Of a stretch of DNA of 64,000 nt, positions 13,122 to 27,413 are shown piece after piece. The first letter of the stretch is position 1. The number at the start of each line of letters is the position of its first letter. The translations under genes and the position numbers were made by a program. The DNA lies in contig OX597834.1 of the NCBI GenBank assembly GCA_951406725.2, positions 2,294,001 to 2,358,000 on the forward strand. The letters are read 5' to 3'. Origin of the DNA: Octopus vulgaris (taxonomy: Eukaryota). Below the pieces are notes generated by a model. It was not told the origin of the DNA, searched no databases, and worked only from the letters and a program-made list of their open reading frames with translations.

Positions 13122-13326
13122 GTATTTGTGTGTCAGTGTTTGATACCCCCACCATATCTTGACAACTGATGTTGGTGTGTTTACGTCCCTGTAACTTAGC
13201 GGTTCAGCAAAAGAGACCAATAGAATAAGTACTAGGCTTACAAAGAATAAGTCCGGGGGTTGATTTGTTCGACTAAAGGCAGTGCTCCAGCATAGCCGCA
13301 GTCAAATGACTGAAACAAGTAAAAGA
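12890..13326 (+). mobile_element. tRNA-derived SINE, family A (GGCTGTGTGGTAAGAAG head, internal microsatellite, CAGTCAAATGACTGAAACAAGTAAAAGA tail)
   Basis: B-box-like GGTTCAGTCCC and a CORE-like CTTGGGCAAGTGTCTT segment. More than 10 copies in the window, e.g. 12411, 14391, 25745-26035, 29378-29750, 33525-33965, 40495, 44275, 47485-47905. Confidence 0.85.
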
Positions 13327-14701
13327 ATATATCAACAGAAATGTGTTTGTGACAGAGAGAGAATAATTAAGTTACCACTTGTTTCAGAGCAGATGATTGC
13401 ATCGGGCAGTGAACTGCAGCCATTGTCCAGTTTAACATCACCACTCACCCACTTTCAGTGTCTTTACTGGTGTCCACTCAAACATGGGCCCCACAACATC
13501 CTCTATCTAGAAATAGAATACAAATCTCCCTCTCAAATCACACCATACAGCCTTAGGAAACCAAAGATACATTAGACAATGTAGCGCTAGCCATCTTTAG
13601 AGAGATATGGGTGGGAGGGTCATGGTCAGAAAGCCTTTAATCATGGGTCTACCTTACCAAGACAACAACAACGGTCTCTTGTGACTGTCCGTCAGTCAGT
13701 TTTATAGATTTTAAGACTTATGAACACGTCTGGCAGTCACAGCTGGTCAGATCATAACAGAAGAGTTATCAATCTATAACCTATCACTGGCACTAAACTG
13801 TCCGTGTGTCACTACAACAGCCCATCTATCAGTAATTAAATCCCATTTGTAGAACCAGTTGCTTGTTGTTTAACACCGAGTCAGTGTTGATCCTCCAGCT
13901 GTGACCATCCTGTCTTTTACTCAGATATAATGTTTCCAAGACCACATCATCAAACATATCCTTTCTTTTTTTTTTCGAGACAGTGCTATAATTTGAGGGG
14001 AAGTTTGGCTGCTATTTATAGCAAGTTGACCAACCATATACAGTCTCCTCAATCACTGGGTGATGAGTGTTCAATTCCAGAGTAAGGCAGTAAATTGGTG
14101 AAGTTAACTGAGCAATACGCATGTTTTATTGTATTTGCTTAAGATCTCTGCATCCTGAGTTCAAACTCCACTCGGGCCATCCCTTTGTGGGGTCAATAAA
14201 TGTAACACAAGACTTGTCGTAACTGGAACTGACCAAGAACGGTGTAGTCACATTGTGGACTGCTTTCTCTACAATGACCAACCTTTTCATCATCTCTCTC
14301 TCCACTCAACAACAAATACAGAAATCATTCATTTACATTTGGACTAATTGGAAATCTAATTAGTGAACCGATTCACTAAAAAAACAAGACAGGCACGGTT
14401 GTGTGGTAAGAAGTTTGCTTCCCAACCACGTGGTTCTGGGTTCAGTCCCATTGTCCGCCAGCATGGTCGCAGTCAAATGACTGAAACAAGTAAAAAAGAG
14501 AAAAGGTAAAAACCCAATTAAATTAATGAAATACTAACGAAATAACCAAAATTATTGTTTTCACATCCATTTTTCCATGGGTCAGAGTTTTTTCCTACAG
14601 CCAGACACCCTTCTTTCACCTGTTTTCTAAGCAAGGTAATGTCTCCCCCAGGGACAGACATTCTTTGTAGGAGTTTGGAAATAAATGGCGTTCATTTACA
14701 A

Positions 14702-14960
14702 CAGTGGTTTGTAAGTATTTTTTTTGCCTGTGGACCCCCCCCCCTTTGCTCTTACTTCCTCTAATGGAGCCTCATAACCTTTCAATGTTTGAAAAAAACC
14801 CCCAAAAAACAGCATTTTTGTAATTAAATATTGTTAGAAATTGTATAAGAAGAATATTAAATGTTGTGCATTGCAGAATTATAACCAGTTTATTGTAGAG
14901 AAACTTCAACAAAATCTTTGCGGGACCCCAAGAGCCATATGGACGGATTGAGGACCACTG
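14702..14960. mobile_element. hAT-type MITE
   Basis: CAGTGGT...ACCACTG termini with an 8-bp near-TSD ATTTACAA/TTTTACAA. Confidence 0.7.
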
Positions 14961-15528
14961 TTTTACAACAATCACGAGACACAAAAAACACATACGGGCA
15001 TAAATGATGGGCTTCTTTTAGTTTCCATCTGGTAAATCCATTCACAAGGATTTGGATGACCTAGGGCTATAGCAGAAGACACTTGCCCAAGGTGGGACTG
15101 AAGCTGTATGGGTGGGAAAGGAAAGATCTCCCCCTGCAGCTATGCCAGCACTCGTACTGTCTACAAAAACAACAGCAAAAAGACAAGGAATAGTGTGGAG
15201 AGCCGAGGTAGACGATGCAAGATCAGAGCAGCTGCAATGTCTTTGACGGACGGCTGGATGAGGGCTGACCTGGAGTCAAACAACAACCACTACAAACCCT
15301 GAAACTCACCAAACATCAGATATGGGCTGAGGGTTTGGTCCAGGGATTAAGAAGCTTGTTTCAGTCTTGAGATCTCTAGTTCAATCCTACTGCATCTTGA
15401 AGAAGCAACTTTTACTATAGCCACAATTCATCTCAAGTTCTGTGAGTGAAACTGGTCAGCACTGTGATCAAAGATGTTCCAGTCAAGCCATGACCAGTTT
15501 GGGTGCAATATATATATATACATACATA

Positions 15529-16295
15529 CAGGGTGTGATGAATAAACTGTCGGCTAAATTATGCAAAAATGAAAAATAACATCAACATCTCATTTTAACG
15601 GATACCTTTACCAAAATTACATAAAAAGATCTTGAAATACCTCAAGAGTAAATTTATTCAATAAATTCGCCATTGGCTTTATCATGGACTCCAGACGACA
15701 TCAGAATCTCCTGCAATTCTTCTGGGCAGTCTCCTTGTTTGAGTTGATGAATGCTGCCATAATCCTTGCCTTCACTTCATCTTTGGTGTTACAAGGAGTT
15801 TTGTTGGTCACTCACTCAACTGCACCCCACACATAATAATTAAGGGGGTTGCAGTTTGGGGAGTTAGGTGGCCAGATGTTAGGGGTGATATGGTCACAGA
15901 AATTGTCTGACATCCATGACTGGGTTCTCCTGCTTGTGTGGCATGGTGCAGAGTCCTGTTGCCAGACATAGGGTCTTCCAGCAGCCAATCCCTTGACCCA
16001 GGGCAGCACTACCTCCTCCAGGCACTTGATGGAGGCCTCCATATGGAGTCTGAGGCATGTGGGAAGATGATTGGAGGCATAACGACACAATCACTAGTGA
16101 TCATTCTGAGCACATTGATACTGACTGGATGTTTGATTTTTGACACCCAAACACTGTGAAATGTTCATAATGGAGCTTCTGACATGAATGCCAAGCAGTA
16201 CAGCATGTCGTTTACAAATTTACAAATTTCACAGACAGTGCTCAGCTGACCCCACTATACTGTGTAATCAACAAAATCAAAAACAGACTATGCGC
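15529..16295 (-). mobile_element. Tc1/mariner DD37D (maT) transposon relic, internally deleted
   Basis: ORF 16090-15812 has WQQDSAPCH...WPPNSPNCNPLNYYVWG with 37 residues between the 2nd and 3rd catalytic positions. TA-CAGGGTG terminus at 15527. Confidence 0.85.
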
Positions 16296-17177
16296 ATGTG
16301 TGTGTGTATATATATATACAAAAGGATCATTATCATCATCATTTAACATCTGTTGTCCATGCTGGCATAGGCTGGACAGTTTGACTGGGTTTGCAAGCTG
16401 GAAGGCTGTGCCAGGCTCCAGTCTGATTTAGCATGGTTTTTCTACAGCTGGATGCCTTTCCTAATGCCAACCACTCCGAGTGTGTAATGAGTACTTTTAC
16501 ATGCCACTGGCACTGGTGTCATTTGCGTGACACCCATATCTAAGATTTTGCTCGGCTTGATGGGTCTTCTCCAGCACTAGATAATTTATTTCTTCTGTTG
16601 GCCTGAATGATTGCAGGAGAGTACATAGCATGCTGTGCAAGCTTTCTGATTATTGTACAATCTGAACATGAAACTTAGAGCAGATCACATTTAAATCCTG
16701 TTTTATATATGTGTGTATATCGAAATGGATGTTGTTATTATATGTAAGATGACAAGCTAGCAGAATCATGGGGCCCTGGTCAAAATACTTAGTGGCATTT
16801 CGTCCTTTTAGGGTTGATAAACTAAGTCCCATTCAGGTACTGGGGTTGAAGTAATTGACTTCCCCCATCTCTTCAGAAACTAGGGACCCTGTGCCAAAAT
16901 TTGAAACTATCATTATTACTACTACAACAAATAAACCATATACATACATATGTACACGAGCAAACCGACCTCCCACCTCCAATGTATGGTGCTGAGTTGT
17001 CAAACATTTAAACCAAATTTTCTCAAAACAACTTGTCCGACCGTCCCATAGCCACCCCCCCCAGAAACACTGATTTAACCTAAATTCGAGACATCAGCAA
17101 AAGAAAAAATAACGATAGACTTTCTTTCTATTCCAAAGAACAACGATTTCCCATGGCTTTATTGATTGCATTCTCAC

Positions 17178-17280
17178 CTGGAATCGATTTTTGTAATTTT
17201 TTCAAGACTTATACACGCCCTGATATCGTTGGTATCTACATATCAAATTTGAGCACAATAGGATGGAGGATGCCCGAGAT
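17178..17280 (-). other. Candidate non-coding 5'UTR exon of PRPF38B
   Basis: Unique (non-repeat) sequence bounded by a GTCTTCTCAG acceptor and a CAG/GTGAGA donor. The first coding exon begins with an acceptor, so upstream exons must exist. Confidence 0.5.
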
Positions 17281-17528
17281 CTGAGAAGACACACAGACAG
17301 ACAGACAGAACGGATTTTATATAATATATATATATATATACATAGAGTTAATCCAAACATGAAAGCACAAAAAAAAACACAACAATGCGAGGACGTGGAA
17401 CAAATATAGTATTATTGGACGCTCAGGAAAGAAGGAGGGTTTAATGTTTTGAGCGGAGCTCTTCGTCGGAAACATAGAAGGGAAGACAGAGGGAAAAAAA
17501 AAAAAATCGACAATGGTACACACGCGGT

Positions 17529-17578
<50 letters not shown>

Positions 17579-18176
17579 TAGATATTATCATCACATCTAA
17601 ACTACAACAGCCTCAACAAAATATACAATAGAGAGAGAAACTTCTTCCCCCACAAACTGAGGTAATTGTTCTCATTAGTAAAGCATCAATTAAGATGAAC
17701 ATCATTTACTATTTATGTTACATTTGCTGAAATGAGTTCTACATGTGACGAAGAATGTGGCTACTCAACCTGATAGAAATAGCCAACTCTCTCACCCTTG
17801 TAACACATCATCATCATCATCGTTTAGCGTCCGTTTCAACTGGGGTCTGTGAAGCCAGAAGGCTTCATCAGGCCTAGTCAGATCTGGCAGTGTTTCTACG
17901 GCTGGATGCCCTTCCTAACGCCAACCACTCCGTGAGTGTAGTGGGTGCTTTTTACGTGCCACCGGCACGAGGCCAGTCTGGGCGGCGCTGGCAACGGTCA
18001 CGAACGGATGGTTCTCTTACATGCCACCGGCACTGGTAACTCATCTGCAATTTCCATTGATCGATTTCGATTCTGATCCTCTAACACACCCCTATCATTT
18101 TGAAAAGGTAAGGTGCATCAAAGGATGGACTTGGGGCTGCTAGACAATCATATTCTGTTGTGTTGTGTGTATATAT

Positions 18177-18218
<42 letters not shown>

Positions 18219-20952
18219 AAAACGTTTGTATGCTCTGTAAAGCATTGACATCCATACCTGTTTTTCTTTTTATTATTATAATTCTTTCCAAGGTGGTGAG
18301 CTGGTAGAATCGTTAGCACTTCAGGTGAAATGCTTCTGAGTTCAAATTCTGCTATGGTTGACTTTCGTCTTTCATCCATTCGTTAAAATAAGTACCGGTT
18401 ATGCACTGGGGTTGATACAATCGACTCATCCCCTCTCCGCAAATTCCAGACCTTGAGGGTTATCATTTCTATTAGTTGGCGAGTATTCTGCACACTGGCC
18501 TATCCCAAGGTTGATGACCCTGCATCGTACTACACTGAAGACTGGAATAGGGTGTGCAGCTCACGAGCCTGATCTTCGGTTACATGTTGTGCTTCACAGC
18601 AGCTTTATTCGATATATTTAGGTAGAGTTGGAGAGAAGAATAGGAAGCAAGTTGTTGGTATTTCAATTATTTCATATCCATTACAATTGTAACGGATACG
18701 AAATAAACTAGCTTTCTGCCTCTCATTCACCTCTCTTTCTGGCTTTGCTCTTCTTCATACAATAACTCTATAACGGTTACACCCATTTCTCTAGTGAATC
18801 CCACAGCAATGGGATCTTCACAATGGATACTACCAACAGCTGCAACCTGAGACACTAATCTGTCATGTATTCAGCACATCCACTCTTATAATCATCATTA
18901 AACTCCAGTTTCCCATCTTTGCACCAGGTCGGATCGTCTAACACTGGCTCCCAACTAACTTTTGCCTGTGGACCACTTTGATCCCCATTTCACTTGTGTG
19001 GGCCCCAATAATTATTCAATGCTTTAAAAAAATCCTATTTATAAAACTGAACATTACTAGAAATTGTACTGAAAAAATTGTTAAAATATTTTCTGTAGAA
19101 GCATAACCAATTTATTGCACATAAATTTTAACAAAATCTTATGTGAACCCTGTCCCAAGGGGTCATAAATGCTGGTTTAAAGGGTCTGGGCTCCAGCCTC
19201 AGCTTTGCCAGGTTTCCTATGGTTTGATGCCCTTCTCAACAACAACCACTTTGTAGTGTGCATTGGGTGCTTTTCTTGTACCACCGGCACTAGTGAAGCC
19301 ATCAGGTTCACTTGCAAGACAAGTTTGGAAAAGAGGAAATACCCCACAACTAAGTAGGGCATGGAATATTAGGGGGAGGTGCAGTAGCCTTCAGCAGATG
19401 CTGAGAAGCTAAAGTTTAATCCAGGAACAAGCATGGGTGTCTTGCTGGAGAGGTGTATGGCTACCCCACATGGGCTGGACAGTTCATCAGATTCTAAACC
19501 ATTTCTTATGGGGAATCATTGCTCTCAGAGACAGATGCTCAGGTGTCATTTGGCTTGGTTTCTGGAGTTGGCTACCCTTCCTATTGTCAACCACGTCACA
19601 GTGGTTACTGGGTATATTTCCTTATGGCACCTGCATTAGAGAAGGTAATAAGTCGTTGGTGAAGCTGGAGTAAAGGGACCTCACAGCCTTGTGCTTTAAC
19701 TAATCAGGATAAAGACCCCCTTCGTTTATGAATGACCATGGGATTGCACCTAGAAAGTCATCCTCTGAGGCATAATTCTGGGCAAAGTTGTTTATGGAAG
19801 ACCAACAGTCACCCATGCATACCAGCCTCCTGTCTCCATGCCACCAATGACGATGCAACTCATTTCTACAGGTGAGTGAACTGGAGCAACATGAGATAAA
19901 GTGTCTTGCTCAAGAACTCAACACACAGCCCGATCCGAAAATTGAACTCGTGATTGTGAGTGAGCCAGAAGCTATAACCACTGAGCCATATTTATATATA
20001 TAAATGCAATGACAGCTGATGATGATGAAGCACATCCATCATCGTAAGCCAAGTATGACTTATCCAATTGAGAGACATAGTAGTAAGAGTGTATCATGAT
20101 AAAGTTAATTAACTTAGACTCCATTTGTAATCAAGACCGGAATGTTTTTCTACAGAAACCTGCCTTTCATGTTGGTGAAAATCCCCACCCATTTGGTTAG
20201 CTCCTAATGTCCAATGACCCTGTGGTCACCTTCCAACCAAACTGGGATCAAACTCTCAATTACGGAAGAAACATCGATATGGCTGCTTGGAAATGACAAA
20301 GTTTCTATATAATGTATCATCATCATCATTTCATGTCCACTTTCCCACGCCTGCATGGGTCAGATGGCATTTGTGGGTGGCAAGTTTTCTATGGCCAGAT
20401 GCCCTTCTCTGTTGTCACCTGTTTCCAAGCTAATTAATATTTTTCCAGTGTTGCTTGTATGACAGTGATGCTTATTTACAACCGTCACATGATGACTAGA
20501 CAAGGATACACACACACACACACACACATGTGCCACATAAAATGCACCAAGTACGCTCTGTAAAGTGGTTGGCATTAGGAAGGGCATCGCAGTCATAGAA
20601 ACCAGGCCAAAACAGACAACTGGAGCCTGGTGCAGCTCTCTGGCTTACCTGCTCCTATCAAAACATCCTACCCATGCCAGCATGGAAGACAGACGTTAAA
20701 TGATGATGATAACGATTAACGATATATATACATCTAATGGACTTCTTTCAGTCTGTCAACGAAACCCACACTTATAAGGTTTTAGTTAGCCTGTGGCTGT
20801 AATAGAAGGTGCTGCTGCACAGTGGGACTGAACTGAAGACCATATTGATTGGAAGTAATCTTCTCAGCCACAGCCAAAGACGACAAACAGAAGACTGACT
20901 CAGCTCTCGGATAAAAACACATTTCAACACAACAACAGAAATGAGGACTCAC

Positions 20953-21106
20953 AAAAGAGGCATCGATGACACTGGATCCAGTTGAACCAACCCGACACAA
21001 CACTGTGCGACATAATGGGGTCACTGTGCCAACAATCACTTTTCTCTCTCCGTTTCCTTCGTCCAGAAATATTTCTACAGTTATTGAACAGAAAGTTTCA
21101 ATAAAG
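20953..21106 (-). other. Candidate 5'UTR exon of PRPF38B
   Basis: Unique sequence bounded by a TTATTTTAG acceptor and a GTGAGT donor. Confidence 0.4.
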
Positions 21107-21157
21107 CTAAAATAAATATTGAACAAGAGACAACAAACAGGTGTTGAAATACCCAGA

Positions 21158-21206
<49 letters not shown>

Positions 21207-21569
21207 AAAAGTTTAAGCTATAAACATCACTGGAAGTACGGGCAGCCAGACTGACTCCCTATGAGCACCTAGGGGTCAAGCGCCTTCTATGCCAGCCTCA
21301 GACTGACCAGAGCATGAATAAGTGACATTACAAAGAAACAAACCACGTGGACTGCCACACGTTTCAAAGGATTTATTTACACAGCTATTGGACCACACGC
21401 TTCCATATCAGATATTTAGAAGATAAATACTTATCATTCTGCTAGGAATTGAAAATCTAAAATGGTTTTCAAACGAAGTTAAATACAGTGTTTGTTACAA
21501 AAAAAAAAAAAATCTTTAAACATTTTGATATATATTCCACTGAATGTTTATATATATATATATATATAT

Positions 21570-22875
21570 ATCATCATCATCATCATCGTTTAACGTCCGC
21601 TTTCCGCGCTAGCACGGGTTGGACGGTTCGACCGGGTCTGGGAAGCCAGGGGCCGCTCCAGGCTCCAGTCTGAATCTGGCAGAGTTTCTACGGCTGGATG
21701 CCCTTCCTAACGCCAACCACTCCGTGAGTGGATTGGGTGCTTTTTACGTGCCACCTGCACAGGGGCCGGAGGGTCCGGCATCGGTTCGAGCTTTTAACGT
21801 GTCAGCGGCACGGGGGCAACGAGGTCCGGGGTACTTTGGGGATCGGGGTACTTTGGGGATCCAGGGTACTTTGGGGATCCGGGGTACTTAGAATGGGTAG
21901 GGGGTATGTGGAATTGCTGCAGAAAGCAGCCCGGGTCTTTGTAGTCACAGCATATCTCCAGAGATCTCGGTCCTTCGCCATTGCCTCAGTGAGGCCCAAT
22001 GCTCTGAGGTCATGCTTGACTACCTCATCCCATGTCTTCCTGGGTCTACCTCTCCCCCTGATACCTTCAACTGTTTGGGAGTGGCACTTCTTCACACATC
22101 TCTCTTCATCCATCCGCAGCACATGACCATACCATCGCAAGCGTCGCTCTTGCACACCACATCTGATGCTTCTTATATCCAGCATTTCTCTCAGGATACT
22201 TACACTCTGTTTTGCGTGCACACTGACACTACACATCCAGCAGATCATGCTAGCTTCATTTCTTTCAAGTCTACGCATGTCTTCTGCAGTCACAGCCCAT
22301 GTTTCATTACCGTGAAGCATGGCAGTTCGCACACATGCATCATACAATCTACCTTTTGCTCTGAGGGAGAGACCTTTTGTTGCCAGTAGGGGTAGGAGCT
22401 TTCTGAACTTTGCCCAGGCTATTCGTATTCTAGTGGTGATACTCTCTGTGCATCCACCTCCGCTACTAACTTGGTCACCCAGGTAGCGGAAACTATCAAC
22501 TACTTCTAGTTTCTCTCCCTGGAGTGTGATGGAATCTGTTTTCTGAGTGTCTGTTGTGTCTATTGTCCCTGTGCATCTGCCGCACATGAAAGCTATCTTA
22601 TCTGTTAATTTCCTTTTAATGTTGCTGCACCTCTTATGTGTCCATAACTTACATTGGGTGCATCTTATGGAGTTTCTACCTGTACCTTTCCTACAGGTTG
22701 AGCAGGGCCACCTACCCGAGGGGGTGTGTGCTGAGTACCTCTTGCTGCTTACTAATACTTTGGTCTTTGCTACATTTATTCTAAGGCCCTTTGATTCCAA
22801 CCCTTGCTTCCACACCCGAAATTTCTCTTCTAGTTCCGGTAGTGATTCTGCTATGAGAGCTAGGTCATCGGCATA
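21570..22875 (-). mobile_element. RTE-clade LINE, 5'-truncated at the YADD motif, with intact RT C-terminal part, PHD-type finger and 3'UTR
   Basis: Open frame YADDLALIAES...GLRINVAKTKVL...FRYLG...LRWYGHVLRM...GRGRPRKTW. Ends in the GAT-repeat tail. Confidence 0.95.
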
Positions 22876-25286
22876 CACACACACACACACGTGTGTATGT
22901 GTATCCCAGTATCGACCAGACTATCAGATGTGGTTGCACACTGCTGGTCACAATGCACTTCCAACTCTTTCTTGAGTGTGCCATTCTTTTCCATCTTAAC
23001 CCAAACTGCTTAACTAAATCATCTTCCTCCCGTCATGGAAGCCTTTTCTGATTTCTTGGATACCACTTGACAACCAGCATATATCTATATCTATATATAT
23101 ACACACTGTCTCTCTCTCTCTCTCTCTCCATATATAGTATAGCCTGGCTTTAGATTAAGCACACAATATCCCAATCTGGCCATAAAACACAAACAATACT
23201 GACTACTTCATTGTCTGTGTAAGCCTTGTTCTAACACACATTTAGCATCATTGTCATTGTTTCTTTACATCTGTTTCCCTGCTGAGACGAGTTGGATGGG
23301 GTCAGCCTAGTTACAGACAGCACATATTTGAAGGTTTCTTCTCAGCTAGGTGGGTTAAAGGACCTCACCTCACTCAGATTTCAGTTTTTGCCTGATTTTA
23401 ACGACTGGATGCCCTTCCTAACACCAACTACTTTTCTGAGTGGATTGCATGCATCTGGTCAAATGAGCCACCTGAACAGGTTTTGAGATGGTTTGAAGAG
23501 GTTGAGTGATGAGCAATGCAATGTAGATGAGTGAAGTATTGGTGAATGGCACAAATGAAGGAGGTTGGTGAGAGGGTCAGATAGGTGTAGTGACATCCTT
23601 AGTTAAACTGGAAGCAAAGTGTGGTGTCTATGGATAAAAACATCATTGTTTTAACATCCACCCTTGCATGCTCACATGGGTTGAATGGAGTTTATTGAGA
23701 GATTTTCTATGCCTGGATGCCCTTCCTGTTGCAAACCTTCATCTGTTTCCAAGCAAGGTAATATTTCCTGATGACCAGACATTGCAGACGATTGGAAATA
23801 ATGCCATTCATTTACAACAATCACACAATGCCAAAAGGAGATACAAAAACATGCAATGATACAATCGAAATCGATCAAAAAATAAATGGAAATTGTAGTT
23901 GTGATACCAGAGCCGGTGGCATGTAAAATGCACCATCCGAACATGGCCAATGCCAGCACCGCCTCGACTGGCTTCCGTGCTGGTGGCATGTAAAAAGCAC
24001 CAACCGATCGTGGCCGTTGCCAGCCTCGCCTGGCACATAAAAAGCACCCACTACACTCACAGAGTAGTTGGCGTTAGGAAGGGCATCAGGCTGTAGAAAC
24101 ACTGCCAGATCAGACTGGAGCTTGGTGCCACCTCCTGGCTTCCCAGACCCTGGTCGAACCGTCCAACCCATGCTAGCATGGAAAACGGACGTTAAACTAT
24201 GATGATGATACATACGTATACACACAATGATTCATATCCCTCAGCCTTCATCCACCCAAATTAACTCACAAGAGCTTGGTTGGCCTGGGGATACTGTAGA
24301 AGACACCTGCCCAAGGTGCCACACAGCAGAGAAAATGCTCCCCTCCTTGTCCTTATAAATTTGAGGCAACATGAGAGGATTGACATCTAGAATATCATGC
24401 TGCATACACGCACAACATTCGTCCCTTATTTTGCCCTTTGGAAGAAAAAAAAATTCCAGGAAGGTCTAGTTAGAAGCTAGGTTAATTCTGTGAGTGGGGT
24501 GGATGTAATAATAAACTGCTCAGATAATAATTGCTTTTAATTATTTTAACTGGAACAGTTGCAGAACCCATGGTCAGATCTTGAGGCCCTGCCAGACTAG
24601 TGATGGTCAACATGCATACTGTTTTGATGTTTGTGCTTCAACTTCTGTGGATTGATGTGTCAGCAACAGATGGACGAATGGGGTCGCATAGGGTGTTGTT
24701 GCTCCCAAAATGAAGGATGTGAAAAAAGAAATCTAAACAAATGCCCAGAAGAGGTTGGATAGGAAGACAGGGGTTTATAGCAATGAATTCAGGCAGGAAG
24801 AACAGAATCATCATCTGACCGTTTAGCATCGAGATTGCCGTTAGACATAATGCTTCATGTTGTTTATCTTTAGAACGACATTGTAGGATAGGTGTGAGAG
24901 GCTGGATTTGGTCAGTCTGAACAAAAAATGCTAAGAAGTTTGCTCCCCAATTGCATGGGTTCAGTGCCACTGTGTGGTACCTCCAGCAAGTGTCCTCTGC
25001 TATAGCCCTGGGGCAACCAAAGCTTTGTGAGTGGATTTGGTAGACAGAAAGTGAAAGAAGCCTGCTGTATATATTGTACATACAAAAATACACATACATG
25101 TGTGTGTGTGAATGTCTCCTTGCCTTGACATCACATGACTGTTGTAAACAAGTATCACCGACATACAAGCAGTGTTCACCGTTTCCTAATATTCTGCAAA
25201 AACACGCCTGGCCGTTGGGAAATAATACTCTGCTTGGAAAGAAGTGAGGGTTGGCAACAGACCATAGAGAATTTGCCTCAATAGAC

Positions 25287-25536
25287 CAGGGCTGTGGAGT
25301 TGAGACAAAGGACTCCAACTCCTTTACTTGTTGGTGACTCCGACTCCTCTTTATGTAATCAAGTGATTGTGATCTACACATCCAATAAAGCATACGCTTG
25401 TACTTTGAGTAGGTCTACCTCTTATAAATGGTTTATATTAAAGAATAAAGATACTGTGAGTCAGAGTTGGTATAGTTTTACTGACTCTGACTCCAGCTAC
25501 CCCTTAATTTTTTCAGACTCAAACTCCACAGGCCTG
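25287..25536. mobile_element. hAT-type MITE (CAGGGCTGTGGAGT...ACTCCACAGGCCTG)
   Basis: TIRs, internal GACTCC subrepeats and an 8-bp TSD CAATAGAC/CAATAAAC. Confidence 0.75.
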
Positions 25537-27361
25537 CAATAAACACATCCTGACTCCTATCTGAGTATGGAAAAGGGGATGCTAAGACAAAGATGATTTC
25601 ATACTAAAATGGTGAGTAGGAGGAATTTGCAACCATTCAAATGATTTACAGGTTCAACAAAAGATAGAAATTACGAAAGGTTGGCCTGGAAGAATATATT
25701 TACAATATAAGCCATTACCTCATTGTTTGGACAGGTTGTTCAGGATATTCTTTGATTCAGTCAAGCAGACTGACCCCAGGACTTTTTCTTTAAAGACTGG
25801 TAATTATTCTGTCAGTCACTTTTGCCAAACTTCTAAGTCATTGGGATGTAAACACACCAACACTGGTTGTCAAGCAGTGGTGCAGGAGAAACACGACATG
25901 CACTTCTCAGTTTCCATCTGCTAAATCCACTTACAAGGATTTGGTTGGCCCAAGGCACTTGCCCAAGGTGTGTCACACAGTGGGACCGAACCCAGAATCA
26001 TTTGGTTGGGAAGCAAACTTCTTACCACTCAGCCGTCAGTTCTTATTTCAAATTCATCTCTTTTTATTGACAGGTGAGGGAAGACAATTTGCTTGTTTGC
26101 TTTTAGCACGAGGCCCTCCTTTCACAGAGCACACCAGGTGTATTTGACATCATGGCACCAGCATCAGACAGATTACCCCCCAAATACACACCACAAAACT
26201 AAACAGAGTTCACTTGTCTGGTTTTTCCATTTGACCAACACCAGAGGCTCCCTCTATTCCTGGCAGGTGGAAGAGGAAGTGATGGCAGGATTTGCAAGAG
26301 CAAGACAGATTGAAGGTGTACAGACGGAATCTTCTAAACAGGTGTTCATGGGGGTGGGGGAGTCATTCTCTGCAGGTGACACATGTCAATCCAAAGACTC
26401 TCCTAATTAACTAATTAATTATGCCTGACTCGACATTAATTGAAAAAATCTGAGGTTAAGGTCATAAATCTTAACCTCAGACTTCAAGTAAATGTTAATA
26501 ATAATGGTTTCAAATTTTAGCACAAGGCCAGCACTTTCTGGAGCAGGTGGGGGAGAGTCAGTTGCAAATGACTTCCACGGCTCAACTGATAATTATTTTT
26601 ATGAGCCTGAAAGGACCAAAGGCAAAGTTAACCTTGGTGGAATTTGAACTCAGAATGCAGCAAACGATTCTGCTGTTTCTCATTTCGGCACGTCAGCAAT
26701 TTTGAAGGGAGGGAGCAGATTAATGCCATGGATCCCAGCACATGACAAGCACTTTATTTTACTGACCCCCAAAAGAATAAAAGGTAAGGCTCACCTAGGT
26801 GGGATTTGAACTCGGAAAGAGAACAACTGCTTCATGGAATTTTTTCCAAATGATTCTGCAAACTTGCAGCTTTGTTTCCTATTTATGAACAAAACCTGCA
26901 ATTTTGCAGGGAAGGAGGTTAGCTGATATTATCGACCCCAGGGGGATGAAAGGCCAAAGTTGACCTCAGCAGAATTTGAACGCAGAATATAAAGGAATGA
27001 AACAAAAGACATTCTGAAGAATTGCCTTTTGGTTATGCAAAAACTAAAATATGTTGTATTTTAGAGGTGTTTATTTCTAAGGCCGAATTTCTCTCGCCAG
27101 GAAGATATTTCCTAGAAATAACAGCTAAGTTTTCCTCAACTAATACCGAACTTTAAAAATGCTGCTGCTGATTGTTAAGTTATCCACTTCAGAGCTGACC
27201 TGGGTTAAATAACAAGGCACGGACACAAGACATATGCGTTTGGATCTCATAGACCTCCTTTATGTGGAATGGAAGAACGCAGAAACGTGAGGAACTGAGA
27301 AGGAGCAACGGACTGAACCATCCACTTCAAACGGACAATATACTCCTTTATTACCCACGGT

Positions 27362-27413
<52 letters not shown>

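Noticed and set aside
20953-21015. uORF NWIQCHRC as the start of an RNF212-like RING finger
   Set aside because: No exon supplying the remaining Cys/His ligands was found.
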